64,000 nt of DNA from Salinispira sp. (GTDB taxonomy: Bacteria; Spirochaetota; Spirochaetia; DSM-27196; Salinispiraceae). The notes below the pieces were generated by a model. It was not told the DNA's origin. It did no database searches and was given only the letters and a program-made list of their open reading frames with translations. The stretch is taken from contig OZ271918.1 of assembly GCA_965602015.1 (NCBI GenBank), forward strand, positions 2,272,001-2,336,000, read 5' to 3'. The translations under genes and the position numbers were made by a program. Below are positions 8,921 to 18,172 of the stretch, one piece after another; within the stretch, counting starts at the first letter, position 1, and each line of letters begins with the position of its first letter.

Positions 8921-10153
8921 ATGCTAAGCATGAGCTTTATGGTAAAAAGCACGGCGAACGAGTATTCCAAACTTCCGCTACTGTACCTCACGGTCATCGT
9001 CGTGCTGTCAAACGCCCTCATTCCCATTGCCAGGGGAGAAGCGATCGCGCCTGTTCAGTTCCTCGCAAGCGCAGCCATTGCCTTGTGCATATCCGGATAT
9101 TACCTGCTGTTTGATCAGGTCGAGGAAAGCCGGGGATTCGTCTCCACGATACATGCCTCAGTCCTGGTTATGCTATACGCTCTGTATATCTGGCAAAACC
9201 CGGTGACGGAAACTTCCTGGCTGATATCCCTGTTAATAGTCGCATACGCTGAGGAGCACATGAGGGGCTTCCTGCGGATCGCCTTTCAGGTATCGGGACT
9301 AGGGGTAATACTTACCCACTGGGTCATCCTCGAGCGCAGTTTCGAAGACGTTTTTATTTTTCTCCTGACGGTCTCAAGCGCATACATTTTCGTAATCGTG
9401 TATTTGAAGGCGGATTTACGAAGCCGCAGCCTGCGCCAAAGAGCCGAGGCCCTTTCGGAACAACTGCAGGCGGCGAATGATCAACTGACTGAGTTCAATC
9501 GGCAGGCCGAAGAGTTAGCGACGGCAAAAGAACGAACCCGTTTAGCCGCAGAACTTCATGATAGCCTCGGACATAAAATTACCGCCGCAAGTATGCAGCT
9601 CCAAACGATCAGGCGGAAACTTATGGGGTACACGCAGGTTCAAATAAACCTCTTGCCCCACATTGAGACAGCGGTAAGCCTCAACCGGGAAGCCATGGTG
9701 ATTCTCAAAAGCTCTGTCAGCCGTCTTAATCAGGACCCATTAAAGGGCAAAAATCTCCCGGATGCATTAGCTGAGTTGGCAAATCAAAGCACCGGTACGG
9801 ATATTTCTGTAAGCTTCGGCATACATGGTGACTGGATCACCCATCCGAATGGACACATCGCCCATACCTTGTACCGGATTGCCGAAGAGGGGTTAAATAA
9901 CAGCATCAAACACAGCGAAGCACGCACCGTCTCTGTAAAACTTACAGTCGAGAAATCCGGAAAAATCATTATGGAAATAAGCGATGACGGGAAGGGTTGC
10001 AAGCATGTAAGCGGAGGATTCGGTTTGAGAGGCATGCACAATCGATTACAGCAGGTCGGTGGCAAACTGGAAATAGAAACCCTTGCGGGTCAGGGTTTTA
10101 CCATCCGCGCGGAAATTCAGGGGGACTCTCATGATTCGACTGGCGATTTGTGA
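8921..10153 (+). CDS. membrane sensor histidine kinase, NarX/DesK type (HisKA_3)
   Basis: ERTRLAAELHDSLGH H-box, EGLNNSIKH N-box, DDGKG and GFGLRGM. N-terminal TM bundle. Confidence 0.92.
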   Translation: MLSMSFMVKSTANEYSKLPLLYLTVIVVLSNALIPIARGEAIAPVQFLASAAIALCISGYYLLFDQVEESRGFVSTIHASVLVMLYALYIWQNPVTETSWLISLLIVAYAEEHMRGFLRIAFQVSGLGVILTHWVILERSFEDVFIFLLTVSSAYIFVIVYLKADLRSRSLRQRAEALSEQLQAANDQLTEFNRQAEELATAKERTRLAAELHDSLGHKITAASMQLQTIRRKLMGYTQVQINLLPHIETAVSLNREAMVILKSSVSRLNQDPLKGKNLPDALAELANQSTGTDISVSFGIHGDWITHPNGHIAHTLYRIAEEGLNNSIKHSEARTVSVKLTVEKSGKIIMEISDDGKGCKHVSGGFGLRGMHNRLQQVGGKLEIETLAGQGFTIRAEIQGDSHDSTGDL

Positions 10154-10814
10154 CGATCAGGAACTCTTTCGTGTCGGGCTTTCGCAGCTGATAGAGACCT
10201 ATGAGGATTTCCACATTGTCCACAGCTGTCCAAACGGAGTCCACCTTATCGACTGTTTGGAAATCGTTATGGTAGATGCGGTGCTTCTTGATGTCCGAAT
10301 GACTCCTATGGACGGAGTCGAGTGTTGCACCATTCTACGGGAAAAATATCCCACTCTTCCGATTCTCATGCTGACGACCTTCGATAACGATGACTTAGTT
10401 TTCGACGCATTACGGGCCGGCGCCTCAGGATACCTATTGAAAGATTGCAGCGCAGATGAACTATTCTCCTCAATTTCTTCCATCCTGTCGGGCAGCAATA
10501 TTTTTTCTGCTGAGATCACGAAAAAGATATTCGCCAAGAACTCCGACGAACTTTTCGTTAATAAAATGAGTTCGGGAACAGCGGGCAGCTCGAGCTCAGC
10601 TCTGTCCATTCAGAGGGTCAAGTACCCTCTGACCAGGAGGGAGGTAGAAATAGTGAGGCTAATTTCACAGGGTATGAGTAACAAAGAAATCGGAAACCGA
10701 CTATTCCTCGCTCACGGTACGGTAAAAAACCACGTGACGAATATTTTAACAAAGCTGGATGCCAAGGATCGGGCACAGGCTGTTTCAATCGCAATCGGGA
10801 CCGGTCTAATCTGA
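10131..10814 (+). CDS. NarL/LuxR-family response regulator
   Basis: Receiver (CDD, LLDVRM, LTT, LLK) plus LuxR HTH (LTRREVEIV...GTVKNHV). Start ATG 10131 overlaps the kinase end. Confidence 0.93.
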   Translation: MIRLAICDDQELFRVGLSQLIETYEDFHIVHSCPNGVHLIDCLEIVMVDAVLLDVRMTPMDGVECCTILREKYPTLPILMLTTFDNDDLVFDALRAGASGYLLKDCSADELFSSISSILSGSNIFSAEITKKIFAKNSDELFVNKMSSGTAGSSSSALSIQRVKYPLTRREVEIVRLISQGMSNKEIGNRLFLAHGTVKNHVTNILTKLDAKDRAQAVSIAIGTGLI

Positions 10815-10858
10815 TTCGTCCGGCCGTTAGACCACAATAAGCAGATGTACCATTTTTA

Positions 10859-10887
10859 ATGACCATTTCATGACCCCTATGTGACCA
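10859..10887 (+). promoter_or_regulatory. three TGACC direct repeats at 11-bp spacing, candidate response-regulator site
   Basis: TGACC at 10860, 10871 and 10882, upstream of the CDF gene. Confidence 0.5.
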
Positions 10888-10954
10888 TCGGCCTATATAT
10901 CCCATGGAGCTAATGCGATAGGTTTCCCTCAGATCAAAGAAAGGAGACCTGTTT

Positions 10955-11884
10955 ATGAATCAAATCAGGAAAACTACGGTAGAAAAACGAGCCATACTAA
11001 TCGGGGCGGCCGGAAACCTAGTAATGGCGGTCGTCGCCTGGATAACGTTCTGGTTCTCGAACTCGGAGGCTGTACTTCTGGATGGAAACTATTCGTTCAT
11101 CGTATTTCTCGGAATGATCGTTGCCCTCGCTGTCGCAAAACTCAAGGCGGTAAAAAACAGTACCTTTCCCCTCGGTCATTTTTTTTATGAATCGCTGTAC
11201 AGCCTCTTTAAGGGACTTATGATTATGGGAATCATCCTGATGGCTGTTGCCACGAGCGTTGTCAGAATACTGTTTTACTTCGGGGGATCAACGGAGAGCA
11301 TCCCCATGCTTAATCCGGGTCCGATCGTCTATTATGCCGCAACGATGGTAGTGCTCAGTTTCCTGCTTTCGGCGTATTACCGTCACTCCAACCGGCAGAT
11401 CGGCGATCAAAGCAGCATCCTGAAAACCGATGCAAAAGCATCGTTCGTAGACGGGGTATTATCGCTGGGCATTCTCGGAGGCGTGCTCGCCCTTCGCAAC
11501 GCGGGATCCGGCGGGGCGGACAGTTTCATTCCCTACCTGGCGGACTCGATAATTACGCTGATTTTATCTGTCGCCCTCATTTCCAAACCTATCCAGATAA
11601 TACGGGAATCCGTCATAGAAATCGCATTGGGGACTTTGCAGGATACAGACGAGTACGCCCGAATAAGAGAAGTGATAGAGCGTGGCTGCGCACCGGAGTT
11701 GTCAGTGGCGGACATTCATATGAGCAAGACCGGAAGCAGGTATCTCGCGCTGGTATCGGTGAAGACCTCCGATGGTTCGGATATGATGTCATCCGGCACC
11801 TTGGAGGAGAGCAAGCGCGAGATCATTCGGGAACTCGAAGGAAGCTATCCATACTTTATGATGGAACTGATCCCCAGAACGTGA
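10955..11884 (+). CDS. cation diffusion facilitator (CDF) family transporter
   Basis: Six TMs, SEAVLLDGNYS and FPLG..YE motifs, C-terminal cytoplasmic domain. SD AAGGAG. Confidence 0.75.
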   Translation: MNQIRKTTVEKRAILIGAAGNLVMAVVAWITFWFSNSEAVLLDGNYSFIVFLGMIVALAVAKLKAVKNSTFPLGHFFYESLYSLFKGLMIMGIILMAVATSVVRILFYFGGSTESIPMLNPGPIVYYAATMVVLSFLLSAYYRHSNRQIGDQSSILKTDAKASFVDGVLSLGILGGVLALRNAGSGGADSFIPYLADSIITLILSVALISKPIQIIRESVIEIALGTLQDTDEYARIREVIERGCAPELSVADIHMSKTGSRYLALVSVKTSDGSDMMSSGTLEESKREIIRELEGSYPYFMMELIPRT

Positions 11885-11894
11885 AGCTCCGGGA

Positions 11895-12617
11895 GTGCAT
11901 CGTATGAACCAGGGTAAAAAAACCGGCAAGGCACATCGATATGTGCCTATTGCCATATTCGTTAGCATACTGCCGCTAATCATTCTATACCTGGCAGGGC
12001 AGCACCCTTCCATTGAGCTGCATCAGCACGCAGTCGGTCATCTGGGCAGAAGCATCATCGCCGGCTGGACAGTGGTCCTGCTTTTAGCTGGCACTGCCCG
12101 TGTTCTGCCGGGAAAGAAGGTAGTAGATGTTGCCGACGAAAACAACAGTGCACGCCGCAGAGATAGCATCGTAAAAACCGCAAGCCCAGGCCAGGCAATC
12201 TCAATAATCTTCGCTCTTATCACCATCGCTAACAGCCTCATGATGATCACCGGCTTAGACACCCCGAAAAACGGAGTATTTGCTTACGTTCATTTGCTTG
12301 TCCGACTGAGTATCGTCTCGTTGTTTGTCATAGTTTTTTCATTTTCAGAAATAATTAGTAACGTACGAAAAACTCGCTTCTCTATCGACCCGGTGAAGTT
12401 TTTGTATTTGAAGCCCGACTCGCCTTCCCTTATTGTAGTATCAGGAGCCTTCACCAGGGGAACTGCGGCGTTGTGTCTTCTATCAATTGCCTTTCAGCGG
12501 CAACTCTCCCCGGCCGGCGGTGAAAAGCTGTACGCAGGACTATTGGTTTTTTGGTTAGGATTGTGGGTCATCAACAGGCTTATTCGTCTACCTAAAAAAA
12601 GAGGGGGCAACGAGTAA
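11895..12617 (+). CDS. hypothetical membrane protein
   Basis: 240-aa ORF with about 6 hydrophobic segments, 10 bp after the CDF gene. Start uncertain. Confidence 0.6.
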   Translation: MHRMNQGKKTGKAHRYVPIAIFVSILPLIILYLAGQHPSIELHQHAVGHLGRSIIAGWTVVLLLAGTARVLPGKKVVDVADENNSARRRDSIVKTASPGQAISIIFALITIANSLMMITGLDTPKNGVFAYVHLLVRLSIVSLFVIVFSFSEIISNVRKTRFSIDPVKFLYLKPDSPSLIVVSGAFTRGTAALCLLSIAFQRQLSPAGGEKLYAGLLVFWLGLWVINRLIRLPKKRGGNE

Positions 12618-12630
12618 CATGCCCCCCCTT
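12594..12630 (-). terminator. intrinsic terminator downstream of the hydrolase gene
   Basis: Minus strand reads GGGGGCA...TGCCCCC then TCTTTTTTT. Confidence 0.55.
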
Positions 12631-13353
12631 CCTGGGGTTGGGGCTCTTATTATATAGAATCCCCGAAGCGCGCTATGCTGTCCAGCATCTGCGAATACCC
12701 CGGTTCTTCAATGGGAAAGTGTCCGCAGCCCTCCAGATCTATCCAGTTCTTTTTTCCTGCGTATTTTTCATAGAACGGCCGGGAATCCTCGGGTTTGGTC
12801 CAGGGATCGAGCCCCGGATGGGCCACCAGCAGCGGAATGTCCGCCTGTTCCGGTTCGGTGATAATATCAAAATCAACCAGGCTGAGCAGGAAGCCCAATT
12901 GAGCCTTTGTGCCGCCGGATATGGGATCTGCGGCGATAATTGCGCTGATAAACGGGTCGTTGGTTATCAGCTCAATAGGTGCGATCAGCGGCATCGGCAG
13001 TCTGAGCCGGTATGCCAGGGGCCTCAAAAGCCATCGAAGGCCGTAGCTAACATAGCCCAGCGCGGCCCATCGGGATGCCTTCGCAAACAGGGAAAGCCGA
13101 CGGGTATCCAGCAGGGTGGTGGCGATAATGCCCCCGACCACTTCCCGGGGGCTTCGCATGGCCGCGCCGTAGGCCAGAAGTCCGCCGAGACTCAAACCCA
13201 TAAAGAAGACTTTCCCTCTTTTGTCCCCGGCCTGGTCCCGGGCGATATCTGAAATAATATCCGCCCAGAGGTTGTAACTGATGTTTTTACCCGGCTGGCG
13301 AACTGAACCGCCCCGGCTTTACCGGAGACAAAATCTTGTGAGAGGATGGAGTC

Positions 13354-13680
13354 ATGGTAAAGAAAAACAGCAGGTTTTCTGAGGAAGTTAAGGAGCGGGC
13401 AATCCGCATGGTATTCGCCGCCAAAGGTGAATATGATTCTCAGTGGGCCGCAATTGAGTCGATAGCTGAAAAGATAGGCTGTACTGCAGAGACGTTACGG
13501 CGGTGGGTTCGCCAAGCCGAGAAAGATAATGGTAGTCGGGAGGGACTTACAACCGACGAGAAGAAGCGAATCAAGGAGCTCGAGCGGGAGAACCGGGAGC
13601 TCAAGAAAGCCAATGAGATTCTACGTCTGGCTTCCGCATATTTCGCGAAGGCGGAGCTCGACCGCCAACACAAGAAATAG
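13354..13680 (+). CDS. IS3 transposase OrfA (HTH plus leucine zipper)
   Basis: RFSEEVKERAIRMV...IAEKIGCTAETLRRWV...ELERENRELKKANEIL. Confidence 0.95.
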   Translation: MVKKNSRFSEEVKERAIRMVFAAKGEYDSQWAAIESIAEKIGCTAETLRRWVRQAEKDNGSREGLTTDEKKRIKELERENRELKKANEILRLASAYFAKAELDRQHKK

Positions 13681-14576
13681 TCTGCTTCATTGATGAACAC
13701 CGCGATGACTATGGGGTCGAGCCGATTTGTACTCAGGTGCCAATCGCTCCTTCGGTGTACTACGAACAGAAAAAGCGAGTAAAACACCCTGAAACAGCTC
13801 CCGCAAGGGTAAAGCGCGATGAAATCCTGAAGCCAGAGATCCAGAGGGTTTGGGATGAGAATTATGAGGTTTACGGCGTTCGCAAGGTCTGGCACCAGCT
13901 GAAGCGAGAAGGATTCCAGATCGCACGATGTACCGTGGCCCGTCTCATGGCTGTCATGGGGCTTAAAGGCGTCATACGAGGCCGCAAGGTGCGAACCACA
14001 GTACCGGACCCGAAAAATGAACGTCCGCTCGATTTGGTGCACAGGGAATTCAGTGCCGACCGTCCGAATCAGCTGTGGGTGGCGGATTTCACTTATTGCG
14101 CGTCTTGGGTGGGTTTTGTATATGTGGCATTTATCATCGATGTATTTTCACGAATGATCGTCGGATGGCGTGCCTCGAGGTCCATGAGCGCAGAGCTGAC
14201 GCTGGATGCTCTGGAACAAGCCCTGTGGGCAAGGCAACCTGAAAATGGGCTGATCCACCACAGTGATCGTGGGAGCCAGTATCTGTCAATCCGGTATTCT
14301 GACCGCTTAGCAGAAGAAGGCATTGCCCCATCTGTTGGGAGTGTAGGCAGCTCATATGACAACGCGCTGGCTGAAACCATAAACGGACTGTACAAATCCG
14401 AAATGATCTACCGTAAAGGACCGTGGAAAAACCTGGATGCTATTGAGGCTGCTACGCTGGAATGGGTAAGCTGGTACAACAATAAACGGATTTATGAAAT
14501 CCTGGGATATATGCCTCCGGCAGAGTTTGAGAAGGCATATTATGATCAACTGCAAGACGCAGCCAGCGGGCTGTAG
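13641..14576 (+). CDS. IS3 transposase OrfB (DDE/integrase core), expressed as OrfAB by -1 frameshift
   Basis: Frame is open from the T_TTC shift site at 13641. WVADFTY, HHSDRGSQY and DNALAETING DDE motifs. Confidence 0.93.
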   Translation, partial: FREGGARPPTQEIVCFIDEHRDDYGVEPICTQVPIAPSVYYEQKKRVKHPETAPARVKRDEILKPEIQRVWDENYEVYGVRKVWHQLKREGFQIARCTVARLMAVMGLKGVIRGRKVRTTVPDPKNERPLDLVHREFSADRPNQLWVADFTYCASWVGFVYVAFIIDVFSRMIVGWRASRSMSAELTLDALEQALWARQPENGLIHHSDRGSQYLSIRYSDRLAEEGIAPSVGSVGSSYDNALAETINGLYKSEMIYRKGPWKNLDAIEAATLEWVSWYNNKRIYEILGYMPPAEFEKAYYDQLQDAASGL

Positions 14577-15028
14577 TCATACAAAACACTCTCCGGGATT
14601 CCCGGGGCGGTTCAAACTGTAAGTCCGTAGCCCGGAAGATCGGGACACACTACCCTGAATCCTGCCTTCACCAGCCCCGGGGCCAGAAACCCCACAAGCC
14701 TGCCGTTCCCGCCTCCGCCGTGGCAAAGGATCAGGGTATTTTCGGCATTTTTGTTTTCCCACACATCCAGGTGCACTTCCCAACCGCGGTAAGTCGCAAA
14801 CTGCTCGAGGGGCTCCTGTTTGCCGCTGATGCGAAAGGCTTCAGGCAGATAGCGCTCCAGGTTCCGCCACTCTATGCGGTCGCGGTAATACATTTTCTCG
14901 GAATGTGCCGTTCCGCTTTGCCAACTGTTATATTTCATCTTCCTCTCCTTTCATGCTGATAGACAAAATATAGTTCACAAGGCGCAGGTTTTTCGCATAC
15001 AGCTGTCGTCTAGATATATACTGTCTTT

Positions 15029-15616
15029 ATGGATCCACGATCAAAACGAGTCCGCAGCGAAATAGGCAAGGCCGCCCACGCCCTCTTTCTTGAAGGCGGC
15101 TTTGACAACATGACTGCCGCGGCAATCTGCAGCCGGGCGGAGGTGAGCCGGAGCGCATTTTATGCCCACTACCATAATCCCGATGACTGCCTGGCGGAGG
15201 TTCTGAAGCAGCTATTCCAGCCGATGGCTGAGGCGCTGCAGGGAAAAGCCCTGGACCCCGATACCCTCCTGCTCGATAAAAAGCCTCTCAGTTATTTTTT
15301 CTTCGCACATATCGAGGAGCACATAAAACTCTACTCAACGCTGTTTTATGATCAGCGGGGGGCGGGGGTTCTCGAAGCGGTGCGCTCGGTGGCCGAAACC
15401 ATGTCTTTCCGGATGCACGAGACATTGCGGAAGAAGTCGGCGCAATGGGACCAGAACCAGGCAGACATGGCTGCCGCCTATCTCTCTGGCGCCCTGGTGG
15501 CTACGGCGCGAAACTGGGTAAAAAACGGATGCCCCGGGGGCAGCCTGGTTATGGCCTACTGGTTTTCCTCTATGGCCGCCCCGGGATTACTTGAATCCAT
15601 GGGGCTTGAACCATAA
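15029..15616 (+). CDS. TetR/AcrR-family regulator
   Basis: N-terminal HTH (AICSRAEVSRSAFYAHY). Divergent from the hydrolase gene. Confidence 0.9.
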   Translation: MDPRSKRVRSEIGKAAHALFLEGGFDNMTAAAICSRAEVSRSAFYAHYHNPDDCLAEVLKQLFQPMAEALQGKALDPDTLLLDKKPLSYFFFAHIEEHIKLYSTLFYDQRGAGVLEAVRSVAETMSFRMHETLRKKSAQWDQNQADMAAAYLSGALVATARNWVKNGCPGGSLVMAYWFSSMAAPGLLESMGLEP

Positions 15617-15627
15617 AGAGACAGACT

Positions 15628-16626
15628 TTAGGCGCTTTGGCCGAGAGCTTCGCCGGCCAGCTCTTCAACTTCCGACACCTGATCGGCGCTCAACGGCCCG
15701 AATTCCATGGCTCGGATATTTTCCTCGACCTGGGAGAGGGATTTAAAGCCAGGAATGGGAATCAAACGATCGCTTTTGCCCCAAAGCCAGGCCAGAGCGC
15801 CCTGCACCAGGCTCCGTCCGCCGGACCGCAGAATTTCCCTCACCGAATCCCGACGCCGAATAAAATCCGGGTTCGCCCGTCCCTGGCGGAACCAGCTCAG
15901 CCAGTCGGTATCGGTCGCCCTGATGTCCTTTCCGCTAATAATGCTGTCCGCATCGTACTTGTCGGAAAGCAGACCCATGGCAAGGGGCGAGCGGCAGAGG
16001 ATGCTGATATTCTCATTCTCGGCGAAATTCAGAATATCGCGGTTCCCTGTGAAAATGTTGAATGCCGATTGGGCCGAGTCGCAGTGCTCGCCCTTTGCGA
16101 ATGCCTTCACCCTCGCTGCATCGTCGGTACTCCAGCCGTAGCTGCGGATCTTGCCCTCGGCGGTCAGCTTTTCAAGGGTTTCCAGAACCTCATCGGCACG
16201 CTCGACGGGAAAACCCCCGTCGTGAAACTGATAGAGGTCGATGTAATCGGTGTTCAACCTCCGTAGACTCCCCTCGAGGGCTTTGCGAATAAATGCTTCA
16301 TCGCTCCCGGCTCCGCCGGGAATGCCCGTTGACTCGTCGAAGTCATAGCCGAATTTGCTCGCCAGGACAACCTTGTCCCGGCGGTCTGCGAAGGCCCTTC
16401 CGATTACGGTTTCCGAGTGTCCGCAGCCGTATATATTCGCCGTGTCGAAGAGATTTACTCCTAAATCGACTGCCCTGTGGAGGGCCCGGACCGAGTCCTC
16501 GTCCTTTAACTCTCCATAGCCCTGGGGGGTCCGGCCGTCGCTGGCGGTCCAGGTATTGCCGATGGGCCAGCAACCCATGCCCAGCGCACTTACTTCGATA
16601 TTGCTGTTTCCGAGACGTGTTTTCAC
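15628..16626 (-). CDS. aldo/keto reductase
   Basis: LGMG, FDTANIYG, ASKFG, SLRRLNTDYIDLYQFH and PIPG motifs. SD GAGGAGGAG. Confidence 0.93.
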   Translation of the reverse strand: MKTRLGNSNIEVSALGMGCWPIGNTWTASDGRTPQGYGELKDEDSVRALHRAVDLGVNLFDTANIYGCGHSETVIGRAFADRRDKVVLASKFGYDFDESTGIPGGAGSDEAFIRKALEGSLRRLNTDYIDLYQFHDGGFPVERADEVLETLEKLTAEGKIRSYGWSTDDAARVKAFAKGEHCDSAQSAFNIFTGNRDILNFAENENISILCRSPLAMGLLSDKYDADSIISGKDIRATDTDWLSWFRQGRANPDFIRRRDSVREILRSGGRSLVQGALAWLWGKSDRLIPIPGFKSLSQVEENIRAMEFGPLSADQVSEVEELAGEALGQSA

Positions 16627-16669
16627 GATCTCCTCCTCGCGTTTGTTTGAATGAACAATAGCCCTTCAC

Positions 16670-16716
16670 GTGGTTGGTTTTTAGGTCCACTTTTTGTATT
16701 ATTTTCAAACCACTTT
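16670..16716. promoter_or_regulatory. MocR-type operator: two CCACTTT direct repeats plus an inverted GTGG half-site
   Basis: CCACTTT at 16687-16693 and 16710-16716, GTGG at 16670-16673, between the divergent AKR and MocR genes. Confidence 0.55.
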
Positions 16717-16731
16717 CTTCGGAGGCCACAG

Positions 16732-18144
16732 CTGTACGGAATCGAAATCGAGGGTGCCCGATCAGAGAATCAGTATCGTCAGCTTTACCGGCAGCTTCGG
16801 GAGCGTATTCTCGAAGGAGATTTCAATCCCGGGGAACGTCTGGCGTCGACCCGTGAGCTGGCATCCTCCCTGAAACTGTCTCGCAACATTGTGCTCGAGG
16901 TCATGGATCAGCTGGCCCTTGAGGGATTTGTGGAGAGCAGGCAGGGGTCAGGGACCTTTGTTAGTTCCCATCTTGTTGTGGCGAAGCGAACCAAACCGGG
17001 TTCCCCTTCCCCTCCTCCTCTGCAGACCGGTGCCCATGCCGCCCAGAAGGATTGCATCAATCTTGTCGCCGGTTTTCCCGATCCAGAGTTGTTTCCCCGG
17101 AGGGCCTGGAGCAGGTGTTACTCTCAGGTCATCGAATACGCCGGGACGAGCACCCTCGGTTATCCGTCACCAGGGGGAGAATGGAAACTGCGGGAAGAAA
17201 TCGCCGGCTACCTGTACCGGAGCAAGGGCATCTCGGTTGACCCGTCTCAGGTTTTTATCACATCGGGTACGGCGGGGGCGATGGGCATTCTCAGCGAGCT
17301 GGCCGGCAACCATGGGGATAAACGTGCGGTACTGGAAGACCCAATGGCCCCGTTTATCCGGCCGATATTCGAATCCCGGGGGTTCGCTCTTCAATACTTC
17401 TCGGTTGATGAAGAGGGCCTGATTCCCGGATCCTGGAAAACCGGTCCGGCGGATTACCTCTACGCCTGCCCCTCACATCAGTTTCCCCTCGGCGGGGTGC
17501 TTCCTATGAAAAGGAGAAACGATCTTATCGAACAGGCCAGGGCAGCCGGGGCATACATAGTAGAAGATGATTATGACGGGGAGTTCCGCCATGAAGGACG
17601 TCCCTTGGCCCCCCTTCAAATCCTCGACCCCGAACGGGTTATTTTTATCGGTTCGTTCAGCAAAATATTCTCGCCGGCCTTCAGGCTGGGCTATATGGTA
17701 GTTCCCCCGAAGCTGTCAGCGAAAATGCTCAGGCTATCCGCCCGATGGGACCTTCTGATAAGCGCAACAGAACAGGCGACCCTGGCGTCGTTTATGCAGA
17801 GCGGCGCCCTGGAAAAACAGCTTCGGCGCAACCTCAAGCATTACCGGAATAAAAAACAGAAGATCGAGGAAATAATTGCGGGGCAATTCGATTCGGACTG
17901 CGCGGTCGGCGGCAGCGATACCGGTCTTCACCTGGTGCTGGGCTTCAAGGGAAGACGCTTTGATGAGCAGGACCACCACACACTGATGTCAGCGGGGATA
18001 CGCATAAAGCCGGTGAGCATGTACTCAATAAACTACACGCAACACTCGGATAAAATCGTTTTGGGTTACGGACAGAGTTCCCTGAATGATATCGCCCGGG
18101 GCCTGGGCATTCTGGCTTCGTATTTGACAGGAAAAACCGGATAA
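16732..18144 (+). CDS. MocR/GabR-family regulator (GntR wHTH plus PLP aminotransferase domain)
   Basis: PGERLASTRELA...SRN wHTH, EDDYDGEF and GSFSK (PLP Lys). Start uncertain: CTG 16732 after SD GGAGG is preferred over ATG 16651. Confidence 0.88.
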   Translation: MYGIEIEGARSENQYRQLYRQLRERILEGDFNPGERLASTRELASSLKLSRNIVLEVMDQLALEGFVESRQGSGTFVSSHLVVAKRTKPGSPSPPPLQTGAHAAQKDCINLVAGFPDPELFPRRAWSRCYSQVIEYAGTSTLGYPSPGGEWKLREEIAGYLYRSKGISVDPSQVFITSGTAGAMGILSELAGNHGDKRAVLEDPMAPFIRPIFESRGFALQYFSVDEEGLIPGSWKTGPADYLYACPSHQFPLGGVLPMKRRNDLIEQARAAGAYIVEDDYDGEFRHEGRPLAPLQILDPERVIFIGSFSKIFSPAFRLGYMVVPPKLSAKMLRLSARWDLLISATEQATLASFMQSGALEKQLRRNLKHYRNKKQKIEEIIAGQFDSDCAVGGSDTGLHLVLGFKGRRFDEQDHHTLMSAGIRIKPVSMYSINYTQHSDKIVLGYGQSSLNDIARGLGILASYLTGKTG

Positions 18145-18172
18145 ACAAGTATTAAAGCAATAGATTAGGTGG

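Larger units (their letters stand above)
13304..14614 (+). mobile_element. IS3-family insertion sequence (IS51 group, IS629/IS3411-like), 1311 bp
   Basis: Terminal inverted repeats TGAACCGCCCCGG...CCGGAGA with 5'-TG...CA-3' ends. 3-bp target duplication AAC (13301-13303 and 14615-14617). orfA/orfB in -1 phase. Confidence 0.97.
12650..14938 (-). pseudogene. alpha/beta-fold hydrolase interrupted by an IS3-family element
   Basis: The N part (14938-14615, HGGGG oxyanion motif, PDLPGYG) joins in frame to the C part (13300-12650, GLSLG nucleophile elbow, D and GH) once the IS and one AAC copy are removed, giving 324 aa. Confidence 0.92.
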
